Shown here one piece after another: positions 15,383 to 25,351 of a stretch of 64,000 nucleotides of DNA. Position 1 is the stretch's first letter. Every line of letters begins with the position of its first letter. This stretch comes from Marinobacter sp. (GTDB lineage: Bacteria; Pseudomonadota; Gammaproteobacteria; Pseudomonadales; Oleiphilaceae): assembly GCF_041687235.1 (NCBI RefSeq), contig NZ_JAWLCH010000010.1, positions 1,900-65,899 of the forward strand, read 5' to 3'. The notes beneath the pieces are model-generated. The model saw only the letters and a program-made list of their open reading frames with translations, had not been told where the DNA came from and ran no database searches. The position numbers and the translations under genes were made by a program.

Positions 15383-17368
15383 TTACTCTGGTCTTCCCTC
15401 GGTGGGCGCCGCCCAGCTGGTGTAGCCCAGGTCCATTACACGGGCGACCTCCTCATCGGGTATGGCCGAGAGGTCGCCAAGCTCCAGGGTGTCGTAATGG
15501 AAGGCGTAGAGGCGGGAAGTGAACTCCGCAATCGGCAGGGAGGCCTCGCCACGAACTTCCCCGTTGCCATAGGTTGAGCAGGTAATGCCCTGGCCCCAGT
15601 TCTGGCCGCTGTCGTTATTTGGATTGAAGAAATAGACCCGCATTTCGTTCTTCGGGCTCAGGGCGACCCGCAATATGTTAATGGCGTGGCGGCCCACGAA
15701 GCGTGCGGCGCTGTCGGTCACGGCAATGCCTGCTGGCTGGGCATGAATCACCGGGATGTTGCCGTTATAGAAGGGGTGGTAGCTGGCGTAGAAATGCCGG
15801 ATGAAGCCCTCGTAGTCCTTCACCTCACCAGTTTTTACGTCGGCAACTACCCGGAAGCCATGGCTGACCCACCAGCCATAGAATTCCGGGTTGATCCAGC
15901 GGTGCGCGTCGTCCTCGCGGTTTTCACAGCGCCGCCACATCTCGCCGTAGATTCGATCCAGATGGGGGATGAGGATCAGCGATACCGGGTCCACATCCAC
16001 CGGTGTGCCCGTCACCAGCCCGGGCTCCAGATCTCTTGACGATACTTCCTGGCCTTCGAATCGGGTCAGTACTTCGTTGTCCCGCGCTGCCCAGGCCAGC
16101 ACCTGTAGCAGGTAATCGGCCTCGTTGGATGCCCACATGGAAAGGCCAATGGCAGATTGGCAGGTGGGGTTATTGCCCTGGCCGACGCCCAGGGGCTGGC
16201 CCAGCAGATTGATAACACCGGCAAGCAGGAACACCCGGGGTGGGAGGGCATCACCAAAGGCTTCTTCCAAGGCGCGCGCGGTTTCCGCTGATAGAGGGAG
16301 TTTGATCTGTCGCCAGAGGGCCTGGGCAACCGAGGGCGTAAACAGAGAGCCCCGTTCCAGCATCATGGTCAGCCCGTATACCGCCTGGCAGGTTTCCGGG
16401 TAGACGGCTTCGTCAATCAGGGCATGCACCAGCTCGGTGTAACAGTAGAGATCGTCCAGGCCGGTCATGGTCAGCCCCAGGGTGTTGGGTATCAGGTCTT
16501 CCTGTCCGGTGTCGCGCAGAAAACGGAGCATCACGGCGTGGTAGGGGGAGGCCAGGCCAGTGTCGAACATGCTGCGGGCAAAGTAGGTGGCTTCCGAGGA
16601 GAGAGCAATGTCGTCCATGTCCCTCAGGCGTTGTTCATAGACGGCAAGCCCGGGATCTTCGGCACTGGCCGGGGTGGGCGCGAAAAGCGCCTTCACCAGA
16701 CGGGTAGCGTCGCTATTGCGCCGGGTTTTGATGGCTGGATCGTATAGGCACTTGGCGATCTGACCGATCATCTCGCAGATGCTGTCCACCTGAACCGGTC
16801 CCTGGTCCAGCAAGCGCCAGACTTCGGCTACCAGGCTGTCCAGCAGGCTTTCGTATCCCAGGTGGGAGATCAGATACCGGTACAGTTCCTGAACGATGGT
16901 TCCGAGCTGCTTGGGGCGTTCCCGGTCGGCTTCTGTCAGCTGGCCAGAGAGCAGGTCCAGGTTGAGGGCCATCACCTGAGTGAGAAAATGGCGTGCCTGC
17001 TCCGCTGAGATGCCAGGATGGAAGAAGTCTCCACGGCTGACAGCAAGCATTCGTAATTCGCTGATCGCTTCCACGATGGTGGTAACGGCACCCGCCTCGC
17101 GCAGGGAGTGCTTGGCCAGCGCCGGTTGCAGAATCGCTGGCTGGGCCCAGTCGCTGGTGCCGAAAATACCGGCGGATTCCAGGGAGCGAATGCGGCGGTA
17201 CAGGGCATCGAAGCCGCCGGGTAGGGTCATCAGCATCCTGGCGCGCTCCAGCAATCCAAGGCTGGAGGCCTTGGGGTCGCTTCGACGGGCGCGGGCGAAC
17301 TCGGCCAGCGCCATATCAAACTGCATCAATGCAGGCTTGAGCGCAGGATCTGTGTCTTGGCGCTCCAT
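15383..17368 (-). CDS. Hypothetical protein (661 aa) with papain/calpain-like catalytic motif pattern
   Basis: Long ORF with RBS, 20 bp after the TPM gene; QGNNPTCQ, GRHAINIL and YFFNPNNDSGQNWG motifs. ORF is certain; function is inferred. Confidence 0.85.
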   Translation of the reverse strand: MERQDTDPALKPALMQFDMALAEFARARRSDPKASSLGLLERARMLMTLPGGFDALYRRIRSLESAGIFGTSDWAQPAILQPALAKHSLREAGAVTTIVEAISELRMLAVSRGDFFHPGISAEQARHFLTQVMALNLDLLSGQLTEADRERPKQLGTIVQELYRYLISHLGYESLLDSLVAEVWRLLDQGPVQVDSICEMIGQIAKCLYDPAIKTRRNSDATRLVKALFAPTPASAEDPGLAVYEQRLRDMDDIALSSEATYFARSMFDTGLASPYHAVMLRFLRDTGQEDLIPNTLGLTMTGLDDLYCYTELVHALIDEAVYPETCQAVYGLTMMLERGSLFTPSVAQALWRQIKLPLSAETARALEEAFGDALPPRVFLLAGVINLLGQPLGVGQGNNPTCQSAIGLSMWASNEADYLLQVLAWAARDNEVLTRFEGQEVSSRDLEPGLVTGTPVDVDPVSLILIPHLDRIYGEMWRRCENREDDAHRWINPEFYGWWVSHGFRVVADVKTGEVKDYEGFIRHFYASYHPFYNGNIPVIHAQPAGIAVTDSAARFVGRHAINILRVALSPKNEMRVYFFNPNNDSGQNWGQGITCSTYGNGEVRGEASLPIAEFTSRLYAFHYDTLELGDLSAIPDEEVARVMDLGYTSWAAPTEGRPE

Positions 17369-17388
17369 TGCGTTGGCTCCCTTTATCG

Positions 17389-18006
17389 TCAGGGCAGAAC
17401 CACCAGGTGATTGGGCAGTTCATTACGCTCGTGAGTGGCGGGTACATGCTCTTTCAGCAGCTTGCCACACGCCGCAATACAGTCAAGAAACCCCTCCCGT
17501 GTCTTTCCCTGGCGCACTTTTTCGGTGAAGTCCGCAACGATACTTTCCCATACTGAGTTGTCCAGCACATCGGCAATACCCTGATCCACCAGAATCTCCA
17601 CATAGCGTTCGGCCTCCGAGACGAAGATCAGCATGCCAGTGCCGCCTTGGGTATGGTGCAGGTTCTGCTCAAGGAATTGCCGCCGTGCGAGGTTGGACGC
17701 CCGCCAGTAGCGCACCTGCCGGGGAATCAGGCGGGTGTTTATGCCGGGCATCCGGAACAGCAGGCTGAGCAGCACGAACGTGCCCCACTGCACCAGCATC
17801 AGCATGTCGGCGCCGAGCCAGCTGCCGAAATAATTGCAAATGCCCGGCACAAGCAGAGCCAGAATGCCGGCCCAGACCAATGGAATATAGTTGTAGTTGT
17901 CCGACTGGGCCGTCAGCACGGTGACCAGTTCGGCATCGGTTTCCCGTTCCACCTTATTGATGGCGGCGGTAACGGCTTCCTGATCGCTTTTGCTTAGTAA
18001 TGTCAT
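17389..18006 (-). CDS. TPM domain membrane protein (DUF477/putative membrane protein type)
   Basis: VERETDAELVTV, LIFVSEAERYVEILVDQGI, NELPNHLV. Confidence 0.9.
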   Translation of the reverse strand: MTLLSKSDQEAVTAAINKVERETDAELVTVLTAQSDNYNYIPLVWAGILALLVPGICNYFGSWLGADMLMLVQWGTFVLLSLLFRMPGINTRLIPRQVRYWRASNLARRQFLEQNLHHTQGGTGMLIFVSEAERYVEILVDQGIADVLDNSVWESIVADFTEKVRQGKTREGFLDCIAACGKLLKEHVPATHERNELPNHLVVLP

Positions 18007-18066
18007 GATTCTGTCATTCTCATTGTCAGGTGAGGGGATTCAGCGCGCGAGGATGCCGGTACAGAG

Positions 18067-18825
18067 CTACCAGCCACCGGAGGCACCACCGCCGCCGAAG
18101 CCGCCTCCGCCGCCACCAAAACCACCGCCGCCGAGGCCGCCGCCACGGCCGCCCATGGCACCACCCAGCAGCGCCGCGCCCAGCAGGGCAGCACCCCCGC
18201 GGCCACCACGGCCACCCCGACTGCCGATAAAGAACACCACCGCCATCATGATGATGAAGAACAGCGCGACCATGCCCGCTTTGGGCTTCTCCTGCTGGGC
18301 AACTGGTTGCTGACCCTGCGGAGCCGCCATGGGCTCGCCGCCGAGCACCTGAATCATGGCGGCGGCGCCGTTAACGATACCGGCCTGAAAATCTCCCTGA
18401 CGGAACGCCGGGGTGATAATGCGATTGATAATGACCGACGAGTCGGCATCAGTGAGCCGGCCTTCCAGGCCATAGCCCACCTCGATGCGGATTTTGCGTT
18501 CTTCCTCGGCCACAATCAGCAGTGCGCCGTTATCCTCGCCTTCCTGACCGATACCCCAATGTCTGCCCAGTTGGTAGCCGAAATCCTCTATCGGAAAACC
18601 CTGCAGGTCTGGCAGGGTAACCACCACAACCTGTTCGGTGGTGTCCTGCTCATGGGCCTCGAGCATCTGGCTCAGGCTCGCCTCCGCATCAGGCGTCAGC
18701 ATTTTCGCCTGGTCTACCACCCGGCCAGTCAACTCGGGAAATTCCGGCGTGGACTGGGCCCAGACGGTGGCCGGCAGCAACAGCAGTAATGCCAGCAACA
18801 GGTTTTTGTTCAACTGGAAAACCAT
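18067..18825 (-). CDS. TPM domain protein (YgcG family) with Gly-rich tail
   Basis: LTGRVVDQA, WGIGQEGEDNGALL, RIEVGYGLEG, GGGGGGFGGGGASGGW. Confidence 0.93.
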   Translation of the reverse strand: MVFQLNKNLLLALLLLLPATVWAQSTPEFPELTGRVVDQAKMLTPDAEASLSQMLEAHEQDTTEQVVVVTLPDLQGFPIEDFGYQLGRHWGIGQEGEDNGALLIVAEEERKIRIEVGYGLEGRLTDADSSVIINRIITPAFRQGDFQAGIVNGAAAMIQVLGGEPMAAPQGQQPVAQQEKPKAGMVALFFIIMMAVVFFIGSRGGRGGRGGAALLGAALLGGAMGGRGGGLGGGGFGGGGGGFGGGGASGGW

Positions 18826-19445
18826 CAGAATTCCACCGCGGGCGCTTCATCCGCGTTTTCCGTGGTGGCTTCGAAGTTGGCGCGAGGCTCCAGATCGCTA
18901 TACAGCAGGCTGTGCCAGATTTTTCCCGGGAAGGTGCGCAGTTCGGTGTTGTACCGTTCCACCGCCTGGATGAAATCCCGTCGCGCGACGGCAATACGGT
19001 TCTCCGTACCTTCAAGCTGAGCCTGGAGGGTCAGAAAGTTCTGGTTCGATTTGAGATCGGGGTAACGTTCAGAGACCGCCATCAGACGGCTCAGGGCGCT
19101 ACTGAGCTCACCCTGGGCCTGCTGGAACTGCTTCAGTTTCTGGGGATTGTTGAGAATGCTCTCGTCCACCTGGATTGATGTCGCTTTCGAGCGCGCTTCA
19201 ATTACCGCGGTGAGGGTTTCCTGCTCCTGCGCGGCAAACCCCTTGACGGTTTCGACAAGATTGGGAATCAGGTCTGCCCGGCGCTGGTACTGGTTTTCCA
19301 CCTGGGCCCAGGCTGCGGTCACTCGCTCATCGTAGGTGGGGATGTTATTGATTCCGCAGCCACTGAGAAGAAGAACCAACGCCATCAGCGAGGTCAGCCG
19401 CCAGAAATTCCGTTGTTGAAACGGAGTGTGAAGGGTTCCGGTCAT
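18825..19445 (-). CDS. lemA: LemA family lipoprotein
   Basis: LSGC lipobox, WAQVENQYQRRADLIPNLV, YPDLKSNQNF, LEGTENRIAVARRD; start chosen at ATG 19445. Confidence 0.93.
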   Translation of the reverse strand: MTGTLHTPFQQRNFWRLTSLMALVLLLSGCGINNIPTYDERVTAAWAQVENQYQRRADLIPNLVETVKGFAAQEQETLTAVIEARSKATSIQVDESILNNPQKLKQFQQAQGELSSALSRLMAVSERYPDLKSNQNFLTLQAQLEGTENRIAVARRDFIQAVERYNTELRTFPGKIWHSLLYSDLEPRANFEATTENADEAPAVEF

Positions 19446-19556
19446 AATCATTCCCAGATGTGGTTGCATGAAGAGGGGCGTCCGCCCGGCCCGCGGGCGA
19501 AGGCAAGGGATTACTGCGAGAGATGGGGGCAAAGCCCCTGTTTTCAAGGTTAAGGC

Positions 19557-20594
19557 TCAACCGCCGACCTCCCGATAAGACACCATACGCTGTTTCTCTT
19601 CATCCCACAGGGCGTAATGGAAGCAGTCGGCAATGTCGCCGGGCGCAAGGCTTGTTGTCAGCGGCGACTGCAGTTCAGGAATGGCCGCCATCACTTCAGG
19701 AAGGCGGTAAAAGGGGATGCGGACGTTGAGGTGATGAATATGGTGATAGCCAATGTTGCCGGTAAACCACTGCATGACTTTGTTCATTCGCATGTAGCTG
19801 GAAGACTCCATGGCTCCGCGGTAAAAGGTCCAGGCTTCGGGCGAGGCAATCTGCATGCGCCGGAAACTGTGCTGGGCAAAAAACAGGTAGCACCCCATGG
19901 CAGAAGCCAGGCTCATGGGCAGCAGGATGACAAAGAAGACCAGGCTGAACCCGCCCAGTAGCCACATCACGGCGATCAACGCAAAATGACTGGCGAGGGC
20001 GATCAGGGAGTCGAGGTGTTTTCCGGGATTCTTCAGCAACGGTAGAAGCGTTATGTTCAGGCCGAACACAACAGGGTAGCTCAGCACCACGACCAGGGGA
20101 TTTCGCTGGGCGCGATAGGTGAAGCGTTGCCACTGGCTTGAGTCCCGCCACATGCGGGCGGTGATCAGTGGAAAAGCGCCGACGCTGGCTTCTGAAATCT
20201 GACCCACGTGGCCGTGGTGGTAATTGTGACTGGCAAGCCAGGAGCGAGTGGGCGTCAGCATCAGCGCACCAAAGGCATGGAACAGCCAGTAGGCAATGCG
20301 GGAGTCTTTGAGAATCGCACCGTGAAGGTAGTCATGGAAGGTGATGAAGGCGCGCACCATCAGCAGTGCGCCCAGTACCGAGAACGCCAGACGGAGAGGC
20401 CACCAGGGGATCAGCCCGGCGGCCGTCAGTGCGGTGATCATTAACACAAAGGTGGAGCCGACGCGCCACCAGCTTTGGGCAGACGACTCCTCTACGTAGG
20501 GTTTTGTGGCCGCGAGTAGCTCCCGGCCCACCCGGATACCTTCGCTGTGTTCCGGCGGCCTGTCGTCCGATTCCTGGACATTCTCCCTGGGCAT
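19557..20594 (-). CDS. Fatty acid desaturase family protein
   Basis: His boxes HDYLH, HNYHH and HHIHH; RBS before ATG 20594. Confidence 0.92.
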   Translation of the reverse strand: MPRENVQESDDRPPEHSEGIRVGRELLAATKPYVEESSAQSWWRVGSTFVLMITALTAAGLIPWWPLRLAFSVLGALLMVRAFITFHDYLHGAILKDSRIAYWLFHAFGALMLTPTRSWLASHNYHHGHVGQISEASVGAFPLITARMWRDSSQWQRFTYRAQRNPLVVVLSYPVVFGLNITLLPLLKNPGKHLDSLIALASHFALIAVMWLLGGFSLVFFVILLPMSLASAMGCYLFFAQHSFRRMQIASPEAWTFYRGAMESSSYMRMNKVMQWFTGNIGYHHIHHLNVRIPFYRLPEVMAAIPELQSPLTTSLAPGDIADCFHYALWDEEKQRMVSYREVGG

Positions 20595-20868
20595 GGCACG
20601 TTCCTCCCTGCTCCCTGCCTGTAAAACTAGATCGTTTGGCCGGTATTTTCCAATGCTTTGAAGGCAAGGGCGCCAGGGTTTAACCGGGCCGATAGGGGGC
20701 ACCCTGATCTTTTTTGCACTAAGTGCGACAGCGAACAGAACGAAAGACGTGAACCACCTAACCTGATAGCAGATGAGGCAATGGAGCAGCCTGAACAGGA
20801 CGTTACATCATGCGCCACACGGATGAGGCGCAACCATAATTCGGGCTTTGAAAGGGAAGGACCTGATT

Positions 20869-20943
20869 GTGAACAATATCATTTATATCGTTGGTGCCGT
20901 GGTCATCGTTCTGGTGATTCTTTCCTTCTTGGGTTTTCGGTGA
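20869..20943 (+). CDS. 24-aa single-TM microprotein MNNIIYIVGAVVIVLVILSFLGFR (not in ORF track)
   Basis: GTG start after GGGAAGGA RBS, fully hydrophobic core, followed at once by a GC hairpin and T-rich tail. Confidence 0.75.
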   Translation: MNNIIYIVGAVVIVLVILSFLGFR

Positions 20944-20946
20944 GCT

Positions 20947-20969
20947 GGGGCCGGTAACGGCCCCTCTTT
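20947..20969 (+). terminator. Probable intrinsic terminator after microprotein
   Basis: GGGGCCG-GTAA-CGGCCCC then TCTTT. Confidence 0.55.
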
Positions 20970-21006
20970 GGCAGTAAGGCTATGGACCCCCAGAGCCTCC
21001 AATTTT

Positions 21007-21036
21007 ACGGCCTCGCGCCCAGCGAGGCCGTTTTTT
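21007..21036 (+). terminator. Intrinsic terminator
   Basis: ACGGCCTCGC-N5-GCGAGGCCGT followed by T run. Confidence 0.7.
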
Positions 21037-21232
21037 ATGTGGCTTTAACCTGCTGACAACCAGCATTCGCCGTGCCCCCCACCAATTCCCAGGGTGGGTA
21101 ACCGCACATACTCCGCTGCTACCAAAGGCTAAGCTCTCCTCAACGGTCGACTCTGATATTGGCAGCCAGTGCCTGTCGCTGTCCTCCATATGCAAATCAT
21201 GGAACATCATCCGGCGACTCAGGAGAAACATC

Positions 21233-21545
21233 ATGGAACCTAACGATCCGAATACACAGCCGAGTAGGGGGGCACATTCCTCACCCCAGGCACAGCCACT
21301 CTCCGGTTCAGCTACAACACGGCAGGCGGGCGCAACGGGTAGCCAAGAAACTGCCAGTCACGGTGCTGAGGCGTTGAGCCGCGCCGCGGACCTCTACGGA
21401 AGATCGCGTAATGGGAGGACTGAGCGACAAAGGCACTGACATACTCAAGGAGAAAGCAGAGCACAAGCTGAAGGAAGAGCAGGAGAAGGCTTCCCCGGGA
21501 ATAGGTGGAGATTCTGGCAAGATCCGTCCCGGAACCCATTATTAG
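21233..21545 (+). pseudogene. Probable frameshifted remnant of a hydrophilic protein
   Basis: Strong RBS (AGGAG) and ATG 21233; ORF 21233-21439 overlaps an out-of-frame charged ORF (...DRVMGGLSDKGTDILKEKAEHKLKEEQEKA...) ending 21545. Confidence 0.35.
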
Positions 21546-21580
21546 CCAAATGCCAGTGTTCTTCTACCGAGACTATCTGC

Positions 21581-21614
21581 CAATAACCCCCCGGTTTTTA
21601 CCGGGGGGTTATTG
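21581..21614. terminator. Perfect hairpin, likely bidirectional terminator
   Basis: CAATAACCCCCCGG-N6-CCGGGGGGTTATTG. Confidence 0.75.
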
Positions 21615-21667
21615 TTAATAACCGGGACGTATCATTTATGCGTTAACGAAGAGCGCGGGAGCATCCG

Positions 21668-22498
21668 ATGAGGGACGAGGGCGCGAACGAAATTCCAGAC
21701 ACGAAATCCACGGATGTGGAGGAGCTGAAACGGGAGCGATACGAGCTGCTAGGGCGCCTGGAGGGCTGGCTGGAAACGCCGATGCTGATTCTCGCGTTCG
21801 TTTGGCTGGTGCTGTTGATATTAGAGCTGGTGCGGGGCGAGAGCCTGCTGTTTTATTTTCTGGGCACGGCAATCTGGGTGGTTTTCGTTTTCGACTTTGC
21901 TGTGAAGTTGGTCCTGGCCCCGGACAAGCTCGTTTACCTCAAGGGTAACTGGCTGACCGCCATTGCCCTGCTGCTTCCTGCCTTGCGAATCTTCCGCGTT
22001 TTCCGTGTGTTTCGGCTGCTCCGCCTGGCCAGGGCAGGGCGAGGGTTGCGGCTGGTCCGCGTTGTCAGTTCGCTGAACCGCGGGATGAAGGCCTTGGGCG
22101 CGAGCCTTAGCCGGCGGGGCTTCGGGTATGTGATTGCCCTCACCGTGCTGGTCACGTTCGCCGGCGCGGCCGGGATGTACGCTTTCGAGAACGAGGCACC
22201 CGGTGGCCTGGACAGCTACGGCGAGTCGCTGTGGTGGACCGCCATGATCATGGCAACGATGGGCTCGGAGTACTGGCCGCAGACGGTCGAGGGGCGTGTA
22301 CTGTGCGTCTTCCTGGCGCTGTACGCGTTTGGTGTCTTCGGCTACGTGACTGCGGCACTGGCTACCTTCTTCGTCGGCCGCGACGCGGATAATAACGACG
22401 CCGAAGTGGCAGGATCCAAACAACTGGCCGCGGTCCGGCATGAGGTGAGCGCCTTACGCGAGGAGATCCGCGCTCTGTCGCGGCAGCCGCCGGAGTAA
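21668..22498 (+). CDS. Six-TM ion channel (voltage-gated K+ channel-like fold)
   Basis: S4-like RIFRVFRVFRLLRLAR; pore helix WWTAM; filter TMGSE; C-terminal coiled coil. Confidence 0.88.
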   Translation: MRDEGANEIPDTKSTDVEELKRERYELLGRLEGWLETPMLILAFVWLVLLILELVRGESLLFYFLGTAIWVVFVFDFAVKLVLAPDKLVYLKGNWLTAIALLLPALRIFRVFRVFRLLRLARAGRGLRLVRVVSSLNRGMKALGASLSRRGFGYVIALTVLVTFAGAAGMYAFENEAPGGLDSYGESLWWTAMIMATMGSEYWPQTVEGRVLCVFLALYAFGVFGYVTAALATFFVGRDADNNDAEVAGSKQLAAVRHEVSALREEIRALSRQPPE

Positions 22499-22585
22499 TG
22501 ACACGAGTCAAACAGGGATGCTTTTTACAAATGGGGGCGTCGACTTCGACGCCAAGCGGAAAAGAGCCAATCAGGAGGGCTGGGA

Positions 22586-23143
22586 ATGAACCAACAAAAG
22601 CAGATGATGGGAATGGGCTGGGGCCGGTTTGCGGCAATGATCGCGACCTCGACTTTTATCATGTTTTTTCTGATGTATCAGCTTGTCTATTCATTCGACC
22701 ACGCATTGCTCAGCTTAAACCGTCTGATCGCTTCTCTGGTTATGGGGTGCGTCATGACCGTTGTGATGCTGGCGTTCATGTGGTCTATGTACAAAGGGAT
22801 GGGAACAAAAATCGCCGTTCTTGTTCTGGCTTCACTATTGGGCGTGTTCTTGCTGTTCGCGAATAGAGGCCAGTTGGTAATCGGGGATGTTGATTTCATG
22901 AAATCTATGATTCCCCACCACTCGATTGCCATAAACAACTCGCGGAAGGCGAGCATCAGCGACCCACGTGTTCGCAAGCTCGCGGATGAGATCATTGCGG
23001 CTCAGGTTCGCGAAATAGCCGAAATGAAACTGCTCCTGAGTGACATTGCACAAAACGGAGAAAGGGGCGAGGCTGAGCTTCCCCCTCGTTCTACCGAGAT
23101 AACCCCCGAAATGGAGCGCAAGATCGAGCAGGTGGTGCGATGA
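22586..23143 (+). CDS. DUF305 domain membrane protein
   Basis: [13 protein letters not shown]...[16 protein letters not shown] helical HH motif after TM segments. Confidence 0.88.
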   Translation: MNQQKQMMGMGWGRFAAMIATSTFIMFFLMYQLVYSFDHALLSLNRLIASLVMGCVMTVVMLAFMWSMYKGMGTKIAVLVLASLLGVFLLFANRGQLVIGDVDFMKSMIPHHSIAINNSRKASISDPRVRKLADEIIAAQVREIAEMKLLLSDIAQNGERGEAELPPRSTEITPEMERKIEQVVR

Positions 23144-23539
23144 GTGAGCGGCGTCATCGAGGCAAAGATTGCACAGCGGGTCTTGAGTGATTTGCCTTCT
23201 GTCGAGGCGCTCGGCGAGCAGGTGCCATACAACTGTCCGGACTGTGGCGGGGTGCTATGGAAGGTGGCAGACGGGGACCTTCTTAGATATCGCTGTCATA
23301 CCGGCCATGCGTTTACCTCCTCGGTGTTGCTCGCTCAACAAACAGTAAAGATTGAAGAAACGCTCTGGGTTGCGCTGAGAATGTTTGAGGAGCGCCAGAA
23401 CCTGCTCGAAACGATGAGTAACAACGAAAGCAGAAAGCCTCCCTCATCGGTCGCCCAGCGGGCCAGGGATTCTCAAGTCCACATTGACCGCATTCGGGCC
23501 ATGCTGAAAGCTACTGATAGAGAACTCCACGGCCTATAA
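23144..23539 (+). pseudogene. C-terminal fragment of extended CheB-like methylesterase
   Basis: YNCPDCGGVLW...RYRCHTGHAF...EETLWVALRMFEER matches the tail of long CheB-like proteins; catalytic domain absent. Confidence 0.7.
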
Positions 23540-23610
23540 TACCGGAGCGGAAACAACAAACCCCGACAATAAGCCGGGGTCTGAAGGTTTTCACTAAGCA
23601 GGGGCAGCGA

Positions 23611-25299
23611 TTACTTCTTCAACCCCATCTCCTCAATAGAAATCTCCCGCATCTTGAATTTCTGGATTTTCCCGGTGACAGTCATCGGGAATTCATCCAC
23701 GAACTTGTAGTTCTTCGGGATCTTGAAGTGGGCGATCTTGCCCTTGCAGAAGGCCTGCAGGTCCTCGGCCGTGACCGGCGCTGCATCCGGAGCCAGCTTG
23801 ACCCAGGCAATCAGCTCTTCGCCGTACTTGTCATCGGGAATGCCGGTTACCTGCACCTCTTCGATGGCCGGGTGGGTGTAGAGGAACTCCTCAATTTCTT
23901 TCGGGTAGATGTTCTCGCCGCCGCGGATCACCATGTCTTTGATACGGCCAACAATCTGGATGTAGCCCTCTTCGTCCATGGTGGCCAGGTCGCCTGTGTG
24001 CATCCAGCCGGCATTGTCGATGGCCTCGCGGGTTTTCTCTTCGTTGTTCCAGTACTTCAGCATCACGCTGTAGCCACGGGTGCAGAGCTCGCCGATTTCG
24101 CCACGGGGGACGACATTGCCGTTGGCCGGGTCCACGATCTTGGTTTCCAGATGTGGCTGGGTGCGGCCCACGGTGGTTACCTGTTTCTCGAACGGGTCCA
24201 GGGAGCTGGTCTGGGTGGAAACCGGGCTGGTTTCGGTCATGCCGTATGCAATCTGAACCTCTTTCATGTTCATCTTGCCGTTGACCTTTTTCATCACCTC
24301 CGCCGGGCAGATGGAGCCAGCCATGATGCCGGTGCGCAGACTGGACAGGTCATAGCTTTCAAACTCGGGCTCGGCCAGTTCGGCGATGAACATGGTGGGC
24401 ACGCCGTACAGGGCGGTGGCTTTTTCCTGGTGCACCGCCTGCAGTACAGACTTGGGTTCGAAGCCTTCACCCGGGTAAATCATGGTAGAGCCGTGGGTGA
24501 TGCAACCCAGGTTGCCCATGACCATACCGAAGCAGTGGTAAAGGGGCACCGGAATCACCAGGCGGTCTTTCTCGGTCAGAAGTTGGCTCTCGCCCACAAA
24601 GTATCCGTTGTTGAGGATGTTGTGGTGGGTGAGGGTGGCGCCTTTCGGGTTGCCGGTGGTACCGGATGTGAACTGGATGTTGATGGGGTCATCGAACTGC
24701 AGTTCGCTCTGGCGCTTGTTCAGATCGTCTTCGGAGATGTCGCTGGCGAAGCCGAGGAATTCTTTCCAGGTCCACATGCCGTCGTGCTTGTCTTCGTGCA
24801 CGTTGATTACCGCACGCAACTCGGGCACGTGGTCAGCCTTGAGCTTGCCGGGGGCGCTGCGCTTGAGCTCCGGGGCCAGCTCGTAGATCATTTCGCGGTA
24901 ATTGGAGGCTTTGAAGCTGTCCGCTGTTACCAGGGTGGTGATGCCGGCCAGGTTCAGGGCGTATTGCAGTTCGTGCACGCCGTAGGCCGGGTTGATGTTC
25001 ACCAGGATGGCGCCGACCTTGGCGGTGGCGAACTGGGTTACGGTCCACTCGTAGCGGTTGGGGGACCAGATGCCCACGCGGTCGCCGCGCTTGACGCCGA
25101 TGGCCATGAAGGCCCGGGCGGCTTCGTCGACTTTTTCTACGAATTCTCTGTAGGTCCAGCGAATGTCCTGGTGCAGGCACACCAGGGCCTCGTTGTCCGG
25201 GTACTTCTCGGCGGTGCGGTCGAGCATTTCGCCAATGGTCATGCCGAGCAGGGGAGCTTCGGCGGTTCCGCTGGTATAGCTTGGTAGAGTCTTGCTCAT
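23611..25299 (-). CDS. AMP-binding acyl-CoA synthetase
   Basis: [46 protein letters not shown]. Confidence 0.95.
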   Translation of the reverse strand: MSKTLPSYTSGTAEAPLLGMTIGEMLDRTAEKYPDNEALVCLHQDIRWTYREFVEKVDEAARAFMAIGVKRGDRVGIWSPNRYEWTVTQFATAKVGAILVNINPAYGVHELQYALNLAGITTLVTADSFKASNYREMIYELAPELKRSAPGKLKADHVPELRAVINVHEDKHDGMWTWKEFLGFASDISEDDLNKRQSELQFDDPINIQFTSGTTGNPKGATLTHHNILNNGYFVGESQLLTEKDRLVIPVPLYHCFGMVMGNLGCITHGSTMIYPGEGFEPKSVLQAVHQEKATALYGVPTMFIAELAEPEFESYDLSSLRTGIMAGSICPAEVMKKVNGKMNMKEVQIAYGMTETSPVSTQTSSLDPFEKQVTTVGRTQPHLETKIVDPANGNVVPRGEIGELCTRGYSVMLKYWNNEEKTREAIDNAGWMHTGDLATMDEEGYIQIVGRIKDMVIRGGENIYPKEIEEFLYTHPAIEEVQVTGIPDDKYGEELIAWVKLAPDAAPVTAEDLQAFCKGKIAHFKIPKNYKFVDEFPMTVTGKIQKFKMREISIEEMGLKK

Positions 25300-25351
25300 A
25301 TCTCTGCCTCCATTGTTTTTGTATTCGAGGGCGAGCAGGGTGGTTTACCTG

